This document shows positions 11,470 to 20,436 of a stretch of 64,000 nucleotides of DNA, in pieces. The position numbers were made by a program, and so were the translations under genes. Location: NCBI GenBank assembly GCA_037969175.1, contig JBBKWX010000105.1, forward strand, positions 3,437-67,436, read 5' to 3'. The first letter of the stretch is position 1. Every line of letters starts with the position of its first letter. The notes under the pieces are model-generated. The model was not told the DNA's origin and ran no database searches. It worked only from the letters and a program-made list of their open reading frames with translations. This DNA comes from Bacteroidia bacterium (GTDB lineage: Bacteria; Bacteroidota; Bacteroidia; AKYH767-A; JBBKVM01).

Positions 11470-11811
11470 ATGATAATTCACGAGATCAGTTGGCAAGATT
11501 TTGAAAAAGTTGATATAAGGATAGGTACTATAATTTCAGTGATGGAATTTCCGGAAGCAAGGAAACCAGCTTACAAGTTATTGATCGATCTGGGAGATTT
11601 GGGCACAAAAAAATCCAGCGCACAAATTACTAATTTATACACAGTTGAAGAATTGAAGGGAAAACAAGTTATTTGTGTTTGCAATTTCCCTCCAAAACAA
11701 ATCGCAAATTGGATCTCTGAAGTATTGGTAACCGGTTTTTCAGATCCAAATGGAAATATCGTTCTCGCCACTGTTGATCAGAAATTGCAGAATGGCAGTA
11801 AATTACATTGA
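11470..11811 (+). CDS. tRNA-binding protein (CsaA/Myf/EMAP-type OB-fold domain)
   Basis: 113 aa; VDIRIGTIISVMEFPEARKPAYKLLIDLGD...QVICVCNFPPKQI matches the tRNA-binding OB fold. Confidence 0.7.
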   Translation: MIIHEISWQDFEKVDIRIGTIISVMEFPEARKPAYKLLIDLGDLGTKKSSAQITNLYTVEELKGKQVICVCNFPPKQIANWISEVLVTGFSDPNGNIVLATVDQKLQNGSKLH

Positions 11812-12156
11812 ATGGTAAAGGACACGGATTTTTTTTCAAGAGTCTTTGAAGTAGTGAGACAAATCCCTGAAGGCAAAGTAACAAGCTATGGTGCCATTGC
11901 GAGATACCTGGGAACAAGCCGTTCGTCTCGCATGGTTGGTTGGGCAATGAATGCATCACATAGCAGTAAACTTTTCATTCCTGCGCACAGGGTAGTGAAT
12001 CGAAATGGAGTTCTAACAGGTAAGAATCATTTTGGCAGTCCGAATCTAATGCAAGAACTGTTGGAGAATGAAGGAATTAATGTAAAAAATGATCAGATCA
12101 TTGATTTTAATGAGAAATTCTGGGACCCTTTGGTGTATTTAAAAAGTGATAAGTAA
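11812..12156 (+). CDS. MGMT-family DNA-binding protein, alkyltransferase-like (ATL): the active-site Cys is replaced by Ala
   Basis: YGAIARYLG...IPAHRVVNRNG sits where O6-alkylguanine transferases have PCHRV. Confidence 0.7.
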   Translation: MVKDTDFFSRVFEVVRQIPEGKVTSYGAIARYLGTSRSSRMVGWAMNASHSSKLFIPAHRVVNRNGVLTGKNHFGSPNLMQELLENEGINVKNDQIIDFNEKFWDPLVYLKSDK

Positions 12157-12171
12157 GGCTTTTTCGTAAAT

Positions 12172-13281
12172 TTGCATCAAATGATCACAAAAGAACAAGT
12201 ACTGGAAGCATTGAGTTATGTTGAAGAGCCCGATCTGAAAAAAGATCTGGTTACGTTAAACATGATTGAAAATGTAGAAGTAGATGGTAAGTCAGTGAGT
12301 TTCACTGTTGTATTAACAACACCAGCATGCCCTTTGAAGGAATTGATAGAAAGAGCTTGTGTTAACGCTATCATACATTACGTTGACAAGGATGCCCAAG
12401 TAAAAGTTAATCTAACTGCGCGCGTCACATCTGGTCGTCCTAACCAGGAGGCATTGCTACCGCAAGTAAAAAACATCATTGCTGTAGCATCAGGAAAAGG
12501 TGGAGTAGGAAAATCGACAGTAGCAGTGAATCTGGCTGTAGCTCTTGCTCAGTTAGGTGCGAAAGTGGGTTTGATTGATGCAGATATTTACGGTCCATCA
12601 GCACCTATCATGTTCGGAGTAGCAAACGAAAAATTATTTGTCAAGGAAACCGCTGAAGGAAAAAGTGTGATCGTGCCAATTGAAAGGCATGGTGTAAAAC
12701 TTCTTTCAATGGGATTTCTTGCAGACCCTGAGAAAGCGATTGTATGGAGAGGTCCAATGGCATCAAAAGCTTTGAGACAATTACTGTCCGATGCAGAATG
12801 GGGAGAATTAGATTATATGATCGTTGATCTGCCTCCGGGAACAGGTGATATCCATTTGACATTAGTCTCTGCTGTGCCTGTCACAGGAGCAATCATCGTT
12901 TCTACTCCACAGGATATTGCATTGGCTGATGCGATCAAAGGAGTTGATATGTTTAGAATGGATTCGGTGAAGGTACCCATCCTGGGCTTGGTTGAAAACA
13001 TGGCATACTTTACTCCTGCTGAATTACCTGAAAACAAATATTATATTTTCGGAAAAGAAGGATGTAAGAATCTTGCATCCAGACTTGAATTACCTTTCCT
13101 GGGTGAAATACCTATTGTACAAAGTATCCGTGAAGGCGGAGATCAAGGAGTACCTGTAGCATTGGATTCATCCACACCTTCAGGACTCGCATTTGAAAAT
13201 CTTGCAGCTCAGGTTGCACAGCAGGTTGCTATAAGAAATGCAACCTTAGCTCCTACTCAAACTATTCAAGCTGTTCATTAA
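12172..13281 (+). CDS. apbC: Mrp/ApbC/NBP35-family Fe-S cluster carrier ATPase with N-terminal DUF59 (MIP18) domain
   Basis: P-loop VASGKGGVGKST and a CxxC-containing C-terminal half. The N-terminal 90 aa look like DUF59. Confidence 0.88.
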   Translation: MHQMITKEQVLEALSYVEEPDLKKDLVTLNMIENVEVDGKSVSFTVVLTTPACPLKELIERACVNAIIHYVDKDAQVKVNLTARVTSGRPNQEALLPQVKNIIAVASGKGGVGKSTVAVNLAVALAQLGAKVGLIDADIYGPSAPIMFGVANEKLFVKETAEGKSVIVPIERHGVKLLSMGFLADPEKAIVWRGPMASKALRQLLSDAEWGELDYMIVDLPPGTGDIHLTLVSAVPVTGAIIVSTPQDIALADAIKGVDMFRMDSVKVPILGLVENMAYFTPAELPENKYYIFGKEGCKNLASRLELPFLGEIPIVQSIREGGDQGVPVALDSSTPSGLAFENLAAQVAQQVAIRNATLAPTQTIQAVH

Positions 13282-13553
13282 TGAAACTAAATAAAGATCC
13301 AAAATTTTTAGCACGAATAGAATCTACATTAGATTCTCTCAGACCCTATCTTAGAACTGATGGAGGAGACGTTTCGTTAGTTGAAGTAACAGATGGAATG
13401 ATCGTAAAATTAAAACTGTTAGGTGCATGCTCATCTTGTTCGATGAGTATGATGACCTTAAAAGCAGGAATTGAACAAGCAGTATTAAAAGCTATACCTG
13501 AGATCGTATCTGTTGAATCTGTTTCTTCAGTAGATGAAGCAATGGAGTTATGA
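13281..13553 (+). CDS. NifU-like Fe-S cluster scaffold domain protein
   Basis: 90 aa with LLGACSSCSMS, co-located with mrp. Confidence 0.75.
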   Translation: MKLNKDPKFLARIESTLDSLRPYLRTDGGDVSLVEVTDGMIVKLKLLGACSSCSMSMMTLKAGIEQAVLKAIPEIVSVESVSSVDEAMEL

Positions 13554-13567
13554 TCTCTATTATTAAA

Positions 13568-13608
13568 ACAAAGCCCCGCATTTCATTTGAATTGCGGGGC
13601 TTTGTTTT
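13568..13608. terminator. Bidirectional rho-independent terminator between convergent nifU-like and hydrolase genes
   Basis: Stem aaagccccgca / tgcggggcttt, flanked by an A-run upstream and a T-run downstream. Confidence 0.75.
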
Positions 13609-13624
13609 ATATGATAAAAATTGA

Positions 13625-14443
13625 TCAGTTATTCAAAAAGTTTGAAATCTCTTCGAAGTATTTATTTTTATCAGAAGTAAAATTCTTATCGTTTGAAGGA
13701 CTTCCTTTAACTATGTATGTTTTGGTTATGCCTTTTAATAATTTGGTATCAGCAGGGGTAATAAGATCATCATTCGCTGAAACAATCACTAGTACTCCTT
13801 TCAAGTGTGCAGGAGTTTTGCCGTAGGCATAAAGAGGTTCATAGTTTTTATCAAATCCAAAAGGCATCATTACTTCTTTTTGACGACGTTCTTTGATCTT
13901 GTTCTTCATTGTTTCAAGACTAAGAAATGGACCATCTGCTACGATCTTTTGTGTCTCCACTCTATTCGCTCCAACTCCTAAAGAAATGCCTGCTCCTATG
14001 TTGGTTCCATAAAGATTGAATTTTGTAATTGCTCTGCTTTTTCTCAGGTAATCAAGAACACTGCTGAGATCCGTCAGGAACTGCGGGTAAATATAAATTT
14101 CAGGATCGATCTGGAATTCTGAACTGGCTCCATAACCTCTGTAATCATAAGCTGCTACATTATAACCTGCAGATAAAAAACTATTTATTTGTTCCAGATT
14201 GTCTGCCATATTTCCGTCTCCACTACCACTTATTACCATCCAATTAGTAGTCTTTTTTGTTGTTTCGAAAAACCACGCATTTAATGTAGCTCCATCTGAA
14301 GTAGGAACTTTTTCTTCTTTGTATTTCATTCCAAATTTATCCGGAGTGACCTTGTATTCTTTTACCGGATTCAAGGCATTTGCATTCGATGAAAAAATGC
14401 AAATCAATATTACTAACACAATTGAACTTAAACTGAATTTCAT
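13625..14443 (-). CDS. Secreted alpha/beta-hydrolase-fold protein
   Basis: Signal peptide, and YDYRGYGAS typical of alpha/beta hydrolases. The nucleophile-elbow position reads GTNIG, with Asn where Ser is expected. Confidence 0.55.
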   Translation of the reverse strand: MKFSLSSIVLVILICIFSSNANALNPVKEYKVTPDKFGMKYKEEKVPTSDGATLNAWFFETTKKTTNWMVISGSGDGNMADNLEQINSFLSAGYNVAAYDYRGYGASSEFQIDPEIYIYPQFLTDLSSVLDYLRKSRAITKFNLYGTNIGAGISLGVGANRVETQKIVADGPFLSLETMKNKIKERRQKEVMMPFGFDKNYEPLYAYGKTPAHLKGVLVIVSANDDLITPADTKLLKGITKTYIVKGSPSNDKNFTSDKNKYFEEISNFLNN

Positions 14444-14531
14444 GAATCTGAATTTTGCGGATTATTATTATCCAAAAATAACAAAGACAAGGCGAATCTA
14501 TTGCCTTGAATTTTCTTTATTTATTAACAAC

Positions 14532-15791
14532 CTACTTACTGATCATTAATTTTATCCGCCTGGAAGTTCCATTTCGCAGAACTAACTCAGCAACATAGCT
14601 GCCTGACCGGGGTATAGTGATCTCCAAATTTCCTTTCTGAACTTCATCTATGATCAGCTGTCCTTTTAGATCATAGACCCGGATTGAACTCACTTCTTTT
14701 TCATTTATACCGGAAAACCTAACTAATCCGGAAGAGGGCTGGGGGAAGGCCAAGATTTCTTCTATTTCGATTTGAGGGATAGAACTTATTAAATTACAAC
14801 TCAAGTGATCAAAAAGAAAATTCTTTACGTGGGTTACTGTACTATCCATATATGCTGCACTTCCTGCATATGGCACGTGTCCGGCTCCAATGAAGGTCTT
14901 TAGATCTGATTCTGTCTGAATGGAATCTGCATACAGATCCAGTGCTCCGGAGCCATCTACCGGCATAATTGGAAATACATTTAAAAGATACAGTGTTGCT
15001 GTGCCATAGGGTACGACATTATCATTGGTACCATGCACACTTACAAGTGGGAGGTCATTATTCTCTAACCATCTTTTTTCACCCAGTGCTCCACAAAGAT
15101 TAATCACACCTTTTGTACTAACACTAAATCCGGGATTCCCACTGAGTCCCTCAAAGCCACCTACTGCAGCAGTGTCAATATATACTGGTACTTCTAAGGT
15201 CTTATCTAAATAAGCCATGTGAAGTGCTGTAATGGCTCCTGCGGAACTACCACCGATCCAGATCTGGGTAGTATCAATTTTATATGCATTGCCAGTCTGG
15301 GCGGTCATATAAAAATACCTAACTGAAGCCTTCATGTCTTGAACTGCCCGCATCACTGATAAAGTAGTATTCGCCTGATTGAACGGACTGGTGATGCCTA
15401 ATCGATATTCGATAGAAGCTGTTATATATCCCATTTTTGCAAACTTGTTGCAAATTGTGACCACATCAGCATCTTTCCTTGTGCCGGTTACAAAACTACC
15501 CCCGTGGGCAAAAATGAGCAATGGACGCAATTGAGCAGTATCACCGGCCGGTTGATAGATATCCATTTTAAGGATCAGGTTTGCGCCCGTATTTGTAATG
15601 CTATTGCCGTATACAACATCCTTTATCGTATCAACACTCGAAAATATTGTTGAATTATATCTTATCCCATCACAAAATACCTGAGCATTAACATATGTAA
15701 TGCAATTTGCTGCAATTAGTAAACAAAAAAAGATCTTTCTCATAAAAGTAGTTTTGGCGATGCAATTTATACAAATGTTAGTATCAAGCAA
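14532..15791 (-). CDS. Secreted carboxylesterase/lipase (HGGG-type alpha/beta hydrolase) with a T9SS C-terminal sorting domain
   Basis: Signal peptide, oxyanion FAHGGSF, nucleophile elbow GGSSAG, and a roughly 80-aa C-terminal beta-sandwich ending in a pattern typical of T9SS C-terminal domains (VYDLKGQLI...KLMISK). Confidence 0.75.
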   Translation of the reverse strand: MLDTNICINCIAKTTFMRKIFFCLLIAANCITYVNAQVFCDGIRYNSTIFSSVDTIKDVVYGNSITNTGANLILKMDIYQPAGDTAQLRPLLIFAHGGSFVTGTRKDADVVTICNKFAKMGYITASIEYRLGITSPFNQANTTLSVMRAVQDMKASVRYFYMTAQTGNAYKIDTTQIWIGGSSAGAITALHMAYLDKTLEVPVYIDTAAVGGFEGLSGNPGFSVSTKGVINLCGALGEKRWLENNDLPLVSVHGTNDNVVPYGTATLYLLNVFPIMPVDGSGALDLYADSIQTESDLKTFIGAGHVPYAGSAAYMDSTVTHVKNFLFDHLSCNLISSIPQIEIEEILAFPQPSSGLVRFSGINEKEVSSIRVYDLKGQLIIDEVQKGNLEITIPRSGSYVAELVLRNGTSRRIKLMISK

Positions 15792-15866
15792 TCAAATTTT
15801 GCAGATATGGCATTATGCACTATATGTAGTACATTTGTACTCTCATAGATTAAATCCCATCCTATT

Positions 15867-17717
15867 ATGAACCGCACTTCGGATGTGCTCGATCATGTGA
15901 TCATCAAGTTTGCCGGTGATTCCGGTGACGGGATGCAGCTCACCGGCACACAGTTTACAAATACAGCAGCCCTTTTAGGAAATGACCTAAGTACATTCCC
16001 AGATTTTCCGGCGGAGATTCGTGCTCCTCTTGGCACACTCGCAGGTGTTTCTGGATATCAGCTTCATTTTGGAAGTGTAGAGATCCATACTCCCGGTGAT
16101 CAATGTGATGTATTGGTTGTGATGAATGCTGCCGGACTTAAGGCTAATTTGAGAAACCTAAGGCCCGGAGGAATTATCATAGCAAATACTGATGGTTTTG
16201 ATCCAAAAAATCTAAGGCTTTCTAAATATCCGGAAGGGGTTAATCCTATTGAAGATAATTCTTTAGAAGGATACAAAGTTATCAAGGTCGATGTTACTAA
16301 AATGACACGTACGGCTTTGGTTGATTCCGGACTTGGGATTAAAGAAATAGACCGTTCAAAGAACATGTTCGTTCTTGGATTTTTATATTGGATGTACAAT
16401 AGATCAATAGACAACAGTGTAAAATTCTTAACGGATAAATTCAGCAAGAAACCAGAGATCTTAGATGCCAACATAAAAATTCTTAAAGCGGGATACCATT
16501 ATGGTGAAACGAGCGAAGAATTTGGAACCAGGTTTATTGTAAACCCGGCGAAAATGCCGGCAGGTGTTTATCGTAATATTATGGGAAATCAAGCCACGGC
16601 TCTGGGTTTCATAGCAGCTTCAAAAAAATCAGGACTCGATCTTTTTTATGGCTCCTACCCTATCACTCCTGCCTCAGACGTTTTACATGAACTTTCAAAA
16701 CATAAACATTTTGGGGTTCGTACATTTCAAGCGGAAGATGAAATAGCAGCAATATGCTCATCAATAGGTGCGTCCTTTGGAGGGCATCTTGGAATAACTG
16801 CATCATCCGGCCCGGGTATAGCTTTGAAGACTGAAGCCATTGGATTAGCTATTATGCTTGAGATCCCTTTGGTGATATTAAACGTTCAAAGAGGTGGTCC
16901 TTCAACCGGACTTCCTACTAAGACTGAACAAAGTGATTTGATGCAAGCTTATTATGGCAGAAACGGAGAAGCTCCTATGCCCATCATAGCTGCATCTAGT
17001 CCTGCAGATTGTTTTTTCGCAGCTTTCGAAGCATGCAAGATCGCATTGGAACATATGATTCCGGTTATGCTCTTGACAGATGGTTATATTGCCAATGGAG
17101 CTGAACCCTGGAGATTTCCAAAATCTGAAGATCTAAATGAGATCAAACCGGTTTTTGCAAAGGCTCCTGCAGATGGAGAAAAATTTCTTCCTTACAAAAG
17201 AGATGAAAAATTAAGCCGCCCCTGGGCTGTACCCGGTATGAAAGGTATGGAACATCGCATTGGTGGATTAGAAAAAGAACACGAGACCGGAAACATTTCT
17301 TATGATCCTGACAATCATCAATTCATGATCAAATTAAGAGAAGAAAAGGTAGAAAAGATCGCTGATTATATTCCAAAATTAAAAGTGGAAACCGGCAATG
17401 AAAAAGGAAAACTCCTGATCCTTGGATGGGGCTCAACAGCCGGTGCTATCAAAGGTGCAGTACAAAGAGCGATTTTAGAAGGTTATGATGTAAGTCAGGC
17501 TCATCTAAGAAATATGAGACCATTTCCATCTAATTTAGGTGAGGTCTTAAATAGCTTTGAACATGTTATCATTCCTGAAATGAACGAGGGTCAATTAATA
17601 AAGATCATTCGTGATAAATATCTTATCCCGGCACAAGGGTTTAATAAAGTTCAGGGACTTCCATTTACATCAGGCGAATTATACAATCACATAGTCGACT
17701 ATTTTAAAAATTCTTGA
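15867..17717 (+). CDS. korA: 2-oxoglutarate/2-oxoacid:ferredoxin oxidoreductase alpha subunit (fused alpha/gamma)
   Basis: 616 aa, OFOR pyruvate-flavodoxin-oxidoreductase-type domains, immediately followed by a TPP-binding beta subunit. Confidence 0.85.
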   Translation: MNRTSDVLDHVIIKFAGDSGDGMQLTGTQFTNTAALLGNDLSTFPDFPAEIRAPLGTLAGVSGYQLHFGSVEIHTPGDQCDVLVVMNAAGLKANLRNLRPGGIIIANTDGFDPKNLRLSKYPEGVNPIEDNSLEGYKVIKVDVTKMTRTALVDSGLGIKEIDRSKNMFVLGFLYWMYNRSIDNSVKFLTDKFSKKPEILDANIKILKAGYHYGETSEEFGTRFIVNPAKMPAGVYRNIMGNQATALGFIAASKKSGLDLFYGSYPITPASDVLHELSKHKHFGVRTFQAEDEIAAICSSIGASFGGHLGITASSGPGIALKTEAIGLAIMLEIPLVILNVQRGGPSTGLPTKTEQSDLMQAYYGRNGEAPMPIIAASSPADCFFAAFEACKIALEHMIPVMLLTDGYIANGAEPWRFPKSEDLNEIKPVFAKAPADGEKFLPYKRDEKLSRPWAVPGMKGMEHRIGGLEKEHETGNISYDPDNHQFMIKLREEKVEKIADYIPKLKVETGNEKGKLLILGWGSTAGAIKGAVQRAILEGYDVSQAHLRNMRPFPSNLGEVLNSFEHVIIPEMNEGQLIKIIRDKYLIPAQGFNKVQGLPFTSGELYNHIVDYFKNS

Positions 17718-18793
17718 TCATGAAGCATATTTTCAATCCAAAATTTTCGGTAGAAACAGCAGGAGGAAATGGCAGTGCAACACTCACTTCCAAAGATCTT
17801 CAAACAGATCAGGATATAAGATGGTGTCCGGGTTGTGGTGATTATTCCATATTGAAACAAGTACAAACTGTATTGCCGGAATTAAATATTCCCAGGGAAA
17901 ATATCGTTTTCATTTCCGGTATAGGTTGTTCTTCCAGGTTTCCGTATTACATGGAAACATATGGCATGCATAGCATTCATGGAAGAGCTACTGCAGTTGC
18001 CAGCGGACTTAAAGCAACAAGACCTGATCTAAGTGTTTGGATCGTTACCGGAGATGGAGACTCAATGTCTATTGGTGGGAATCATTTCATCCACCTGTTG
18101 AGAAGAAATTTCAATGTAAATATCCTGTTATTCAACAATGAAATTTATGGTCTAACTAAAGGTCAATACTCTCCTACTTCTGAAATGGGAAAAGTGACTA
18201 AATCGACCCCAATGGGATCCATTGATCATCCATTTAATCCTATCGCATTGAGTTTGGGAGCAGATGCCACTTTTGTTGCAAGGTCTATGGACAGAGACCC
18301 AAAACATCTTCAGGAGATGTTAAGAAGATCGCACGCACATAAAGGAACTTCTTTACTTGAGATCTATCAGAATTGTAATGTATTTAATGACGGTGCTTTC
18401 TTCAGATACACAGATAAAGAGAGTAAAGCTGATTCAACATTGTTTCTTGAACAAGGTAAGCCACTTATATTTGGATCCTCTAATCAATTTGGAGTGATGC
18501 TCGATGGGTTTACTCCGAAGATCGTGAACTTAGAAGAAGGAACAGTTTCTACAGATGCTCTTTGGGTTCATGATGAAAAAGACAGATTGAAGGCTAATAT
18601 TTTGTCTCGATTCTTTGATAATCCAAGATCTGAACATCATGTTTTTCCAAGACCATTTGGTGTATATTTTCAGGAAGAAAGATATTGTTATGAGGATGCT
18701 TTAGCAGCACAATTAAAGGAAGCAAAAGACAAAAAAGGCGAAGGTGATTTAGATGCTTTATTACAAGGCAGAGATACCTGGGAAATTCACTAA
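17714..18793 (+). CDS. korB: 2-oxoglutarate/2-oxoacid:ferredoxin oxidoreductase beta subunit (TPP-binding)
   Basis: CPGCGDYS Cys motif and a GDGDxxxIGGNH TPP-binding motif; 4-nt overlap with korA. Confidence 0.85.
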   Translation: MIMKHIFNPKFSVETAGGNGSATLTSKDLQTDQDIRWCPGCGDYSILKQVQTVLPELNIPRENIVFISGIGCSSRFPYYMETYGMHSIHGRATAVASGLKATRPDLSVWIVTGDGDSMSIGGNHFIHLLRRNFNVNILLFNNEIYGLTKGQYSPTSEMGKVTKSTPMGSIDHPFNPIALSLGADATFVARSMDRDPKHLQEMLRRSHAHKGTSLLEIYQNCNVFNDGAFFRYTDKESKADSTLFLEQGKPLIFGSSNQFGVMLDGFTPKIVNLEEGTVSTDALWVHDEKDRLKANILSRFFDNPRSEHHVFPRPFGVYFQEERYCYEDALAAQLKEAKDKKGEGDLDALLQGRDTWEIH

Positions 18794-19611
18794 TCAGCCC
18801 AGACACCGGGTTTCAAAGACCAATCATACCCCGTAAATTTAATCTGAGGATTAGAATTACGGGGTATTAAATTTCTATCCTTCATGAATAAGATCAAACC
18901 CGATTGTCCATCAAAATCTTTTATGAACCAATTCAATAATTCAATTATTTCAAGACTATTTACAGTCGTATCCAAATGACTGTTGTTGCGTAAAAAATTT
19001 ATTGTTGATTCTTCTAATTGCAGATCTATATTCTCTTGATCATAGATCTTTAAAGGTGGACAAGATGCGGCACCACAGTTTAATGCAAAATGTATTCTGG
19101 GATCTAAATGTGTTGACAGTTTTCTTTCAACTTTATTCTTACTTATCTTTTTGAACCATCCAAAGGACCACCAAATCCTTCCGTTTCTCAATAAGTCATG
19201 TTCTATATCATTCGCTGATAATTTATTGCCTGCAAGACATAAGTTTGATCCACTAAAAAATGCTGTTCGATCAACCAGACTTTCATAGTCACCTTTGAAG
19301 TTCTTAAGCTCTGATATGATATATGCATTATACAAATTGATCAAAAATGTTTTCCTGATACTCTCATCAGAAAGTACTTCGAAGAGTTCATTTTCTTGCA
19401 GTCTGCATAAAGTATCACGAATCCCAAATTCAGAAGAATTATTTTTGAGCCTTTCCAACCAAATGCCCGGAAGCTCACGTATATCAACAGGATCCTTAAA
19501 TTTTAAGTCAATATCTGTCTCAACTTTTGGATATGTAGCCGGAATATAAAGCCAGATAAAGAAGAAAATTGCAATAGAAATAAATCCAAATAAAAAATAC
19601 TTCCCCTTCAT
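18790..19611 (-). CDS. DUF547-domain protein
   Basis: N-terminal transmembrane segment and the DUF547 core (FLINLYNAYII...HFALNCGAASCPPL). Confidence 0.6.
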   Translation of the reverse strand: MKGKYFLFGFISIAIFFFIWLYIPATYPKVETDIDLKFKDPVDIRELPGIWLERLKNNSSEFGIRDTLCRLQENELFEVLSDESIRKTFLINLYNAYIISELKNFKGDYESLVDRTAFFSGSNLCLAGNKLSANDIEHDLLRNGRIWWSFGWFKKISKNKVERKLSTHLDPRIHFALNCGAASCPPLKIYDQENIDLQLEESTINFLRNNSHLDTTVNSLEIIELLNWFIKDFDGQSGLILFMKDRNLIPRNSNPQIKFTGYDWSLKPGVWAD

Positions 19612-19778
19612 TTAAATAATATAAGGATAAAGCGGTTCAAAAAAAAATCTATCCCTTAATAATGACAGAACAATACTTGGATCAGATCTTCTTTCACAGA
19701 AAAAATAAGAATGTTTTTCATGTTATATAGCTATCATTTAAATAGAGATATAACATTATGAAAAATTAATATAGATTC

Positions 19779-20345
19779 TTAAAACTTTATTTGGGCGCCC
19801 AGTGTTAAGTAGGAAACGCCATAGCCAACCTCTCCGTAAATACCCATATTGTCAGAGATGTAGTATCTAGCCCCCAAATAGACTGATGAAGTTAAGGTCG
19901 TCCCTCCATAATTTGGTTGAGAAAAAGGTGTACCTGAATAAGAATATTTACTGCGAAAATTCAAAGAATACAATCCTAACATAACTCCCGCATAAGGATC
20001 AAATTTTTGATCTTCCGTAAAGTTCCAATGGTATGCAGACCTTAATCCGAAAATGGAATAATTCCACTTATAATCGTAGGTGCCAAAAAAATCTGAACCA
20101 TGATATTTATAACTTTTAAAACCAAAATAACCTCCTAAACTAATTGTTCCAGGACCTACCCCATCCCAAACTCCTCGTTCGTAAAACATACTTATAGCAG
20201 GGGTTTGAGAATTATAAGTATAACTTCCATAGGATCCACCTATTCCAAGACCGGCTCCAATAACATTCGTATCTTTCTGAAATGACTGAGCAGAAATAGA
20301 AAAAGAAAAAAGAAAGCAGATAAAATAAAAAAGTATGCGTTTCAT
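19779..20345 (-). CDS. Outer-membrane beta-barrel protein (small OmpA-like/porin family)
   Basis: Signal peptide, alternating Gly/Tyr-rich beta-strands, C-terminal aromatic residue. Confidence 0.6.
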   Translation of the reverse strand: MKRILFYFICFLFSFSISAQSFQKDTNVIGAGLGIGGSYGSYTYNSQTPAISMFYERGVWDGVGPGTISLGGYFGFKSYKYHGSDFFGTYDYKWNYSIFGLRSAYHWNFTEDQKFDPYAGVMLGLYSLNFRSKYSYSGTPFSQPNYGGTTLTSSVYLGARYYISDNMGIYGEVGYGVSYLTLGAQIKF

Positions 20346-20436
20346 AACTAAAGATTTGATAACAAATGTAATTAACCTCTACCTTGAAAAATGAAAAATC
20401 TTTTCAAGTTTTCAAACATGAAATGTTAATATAGAA

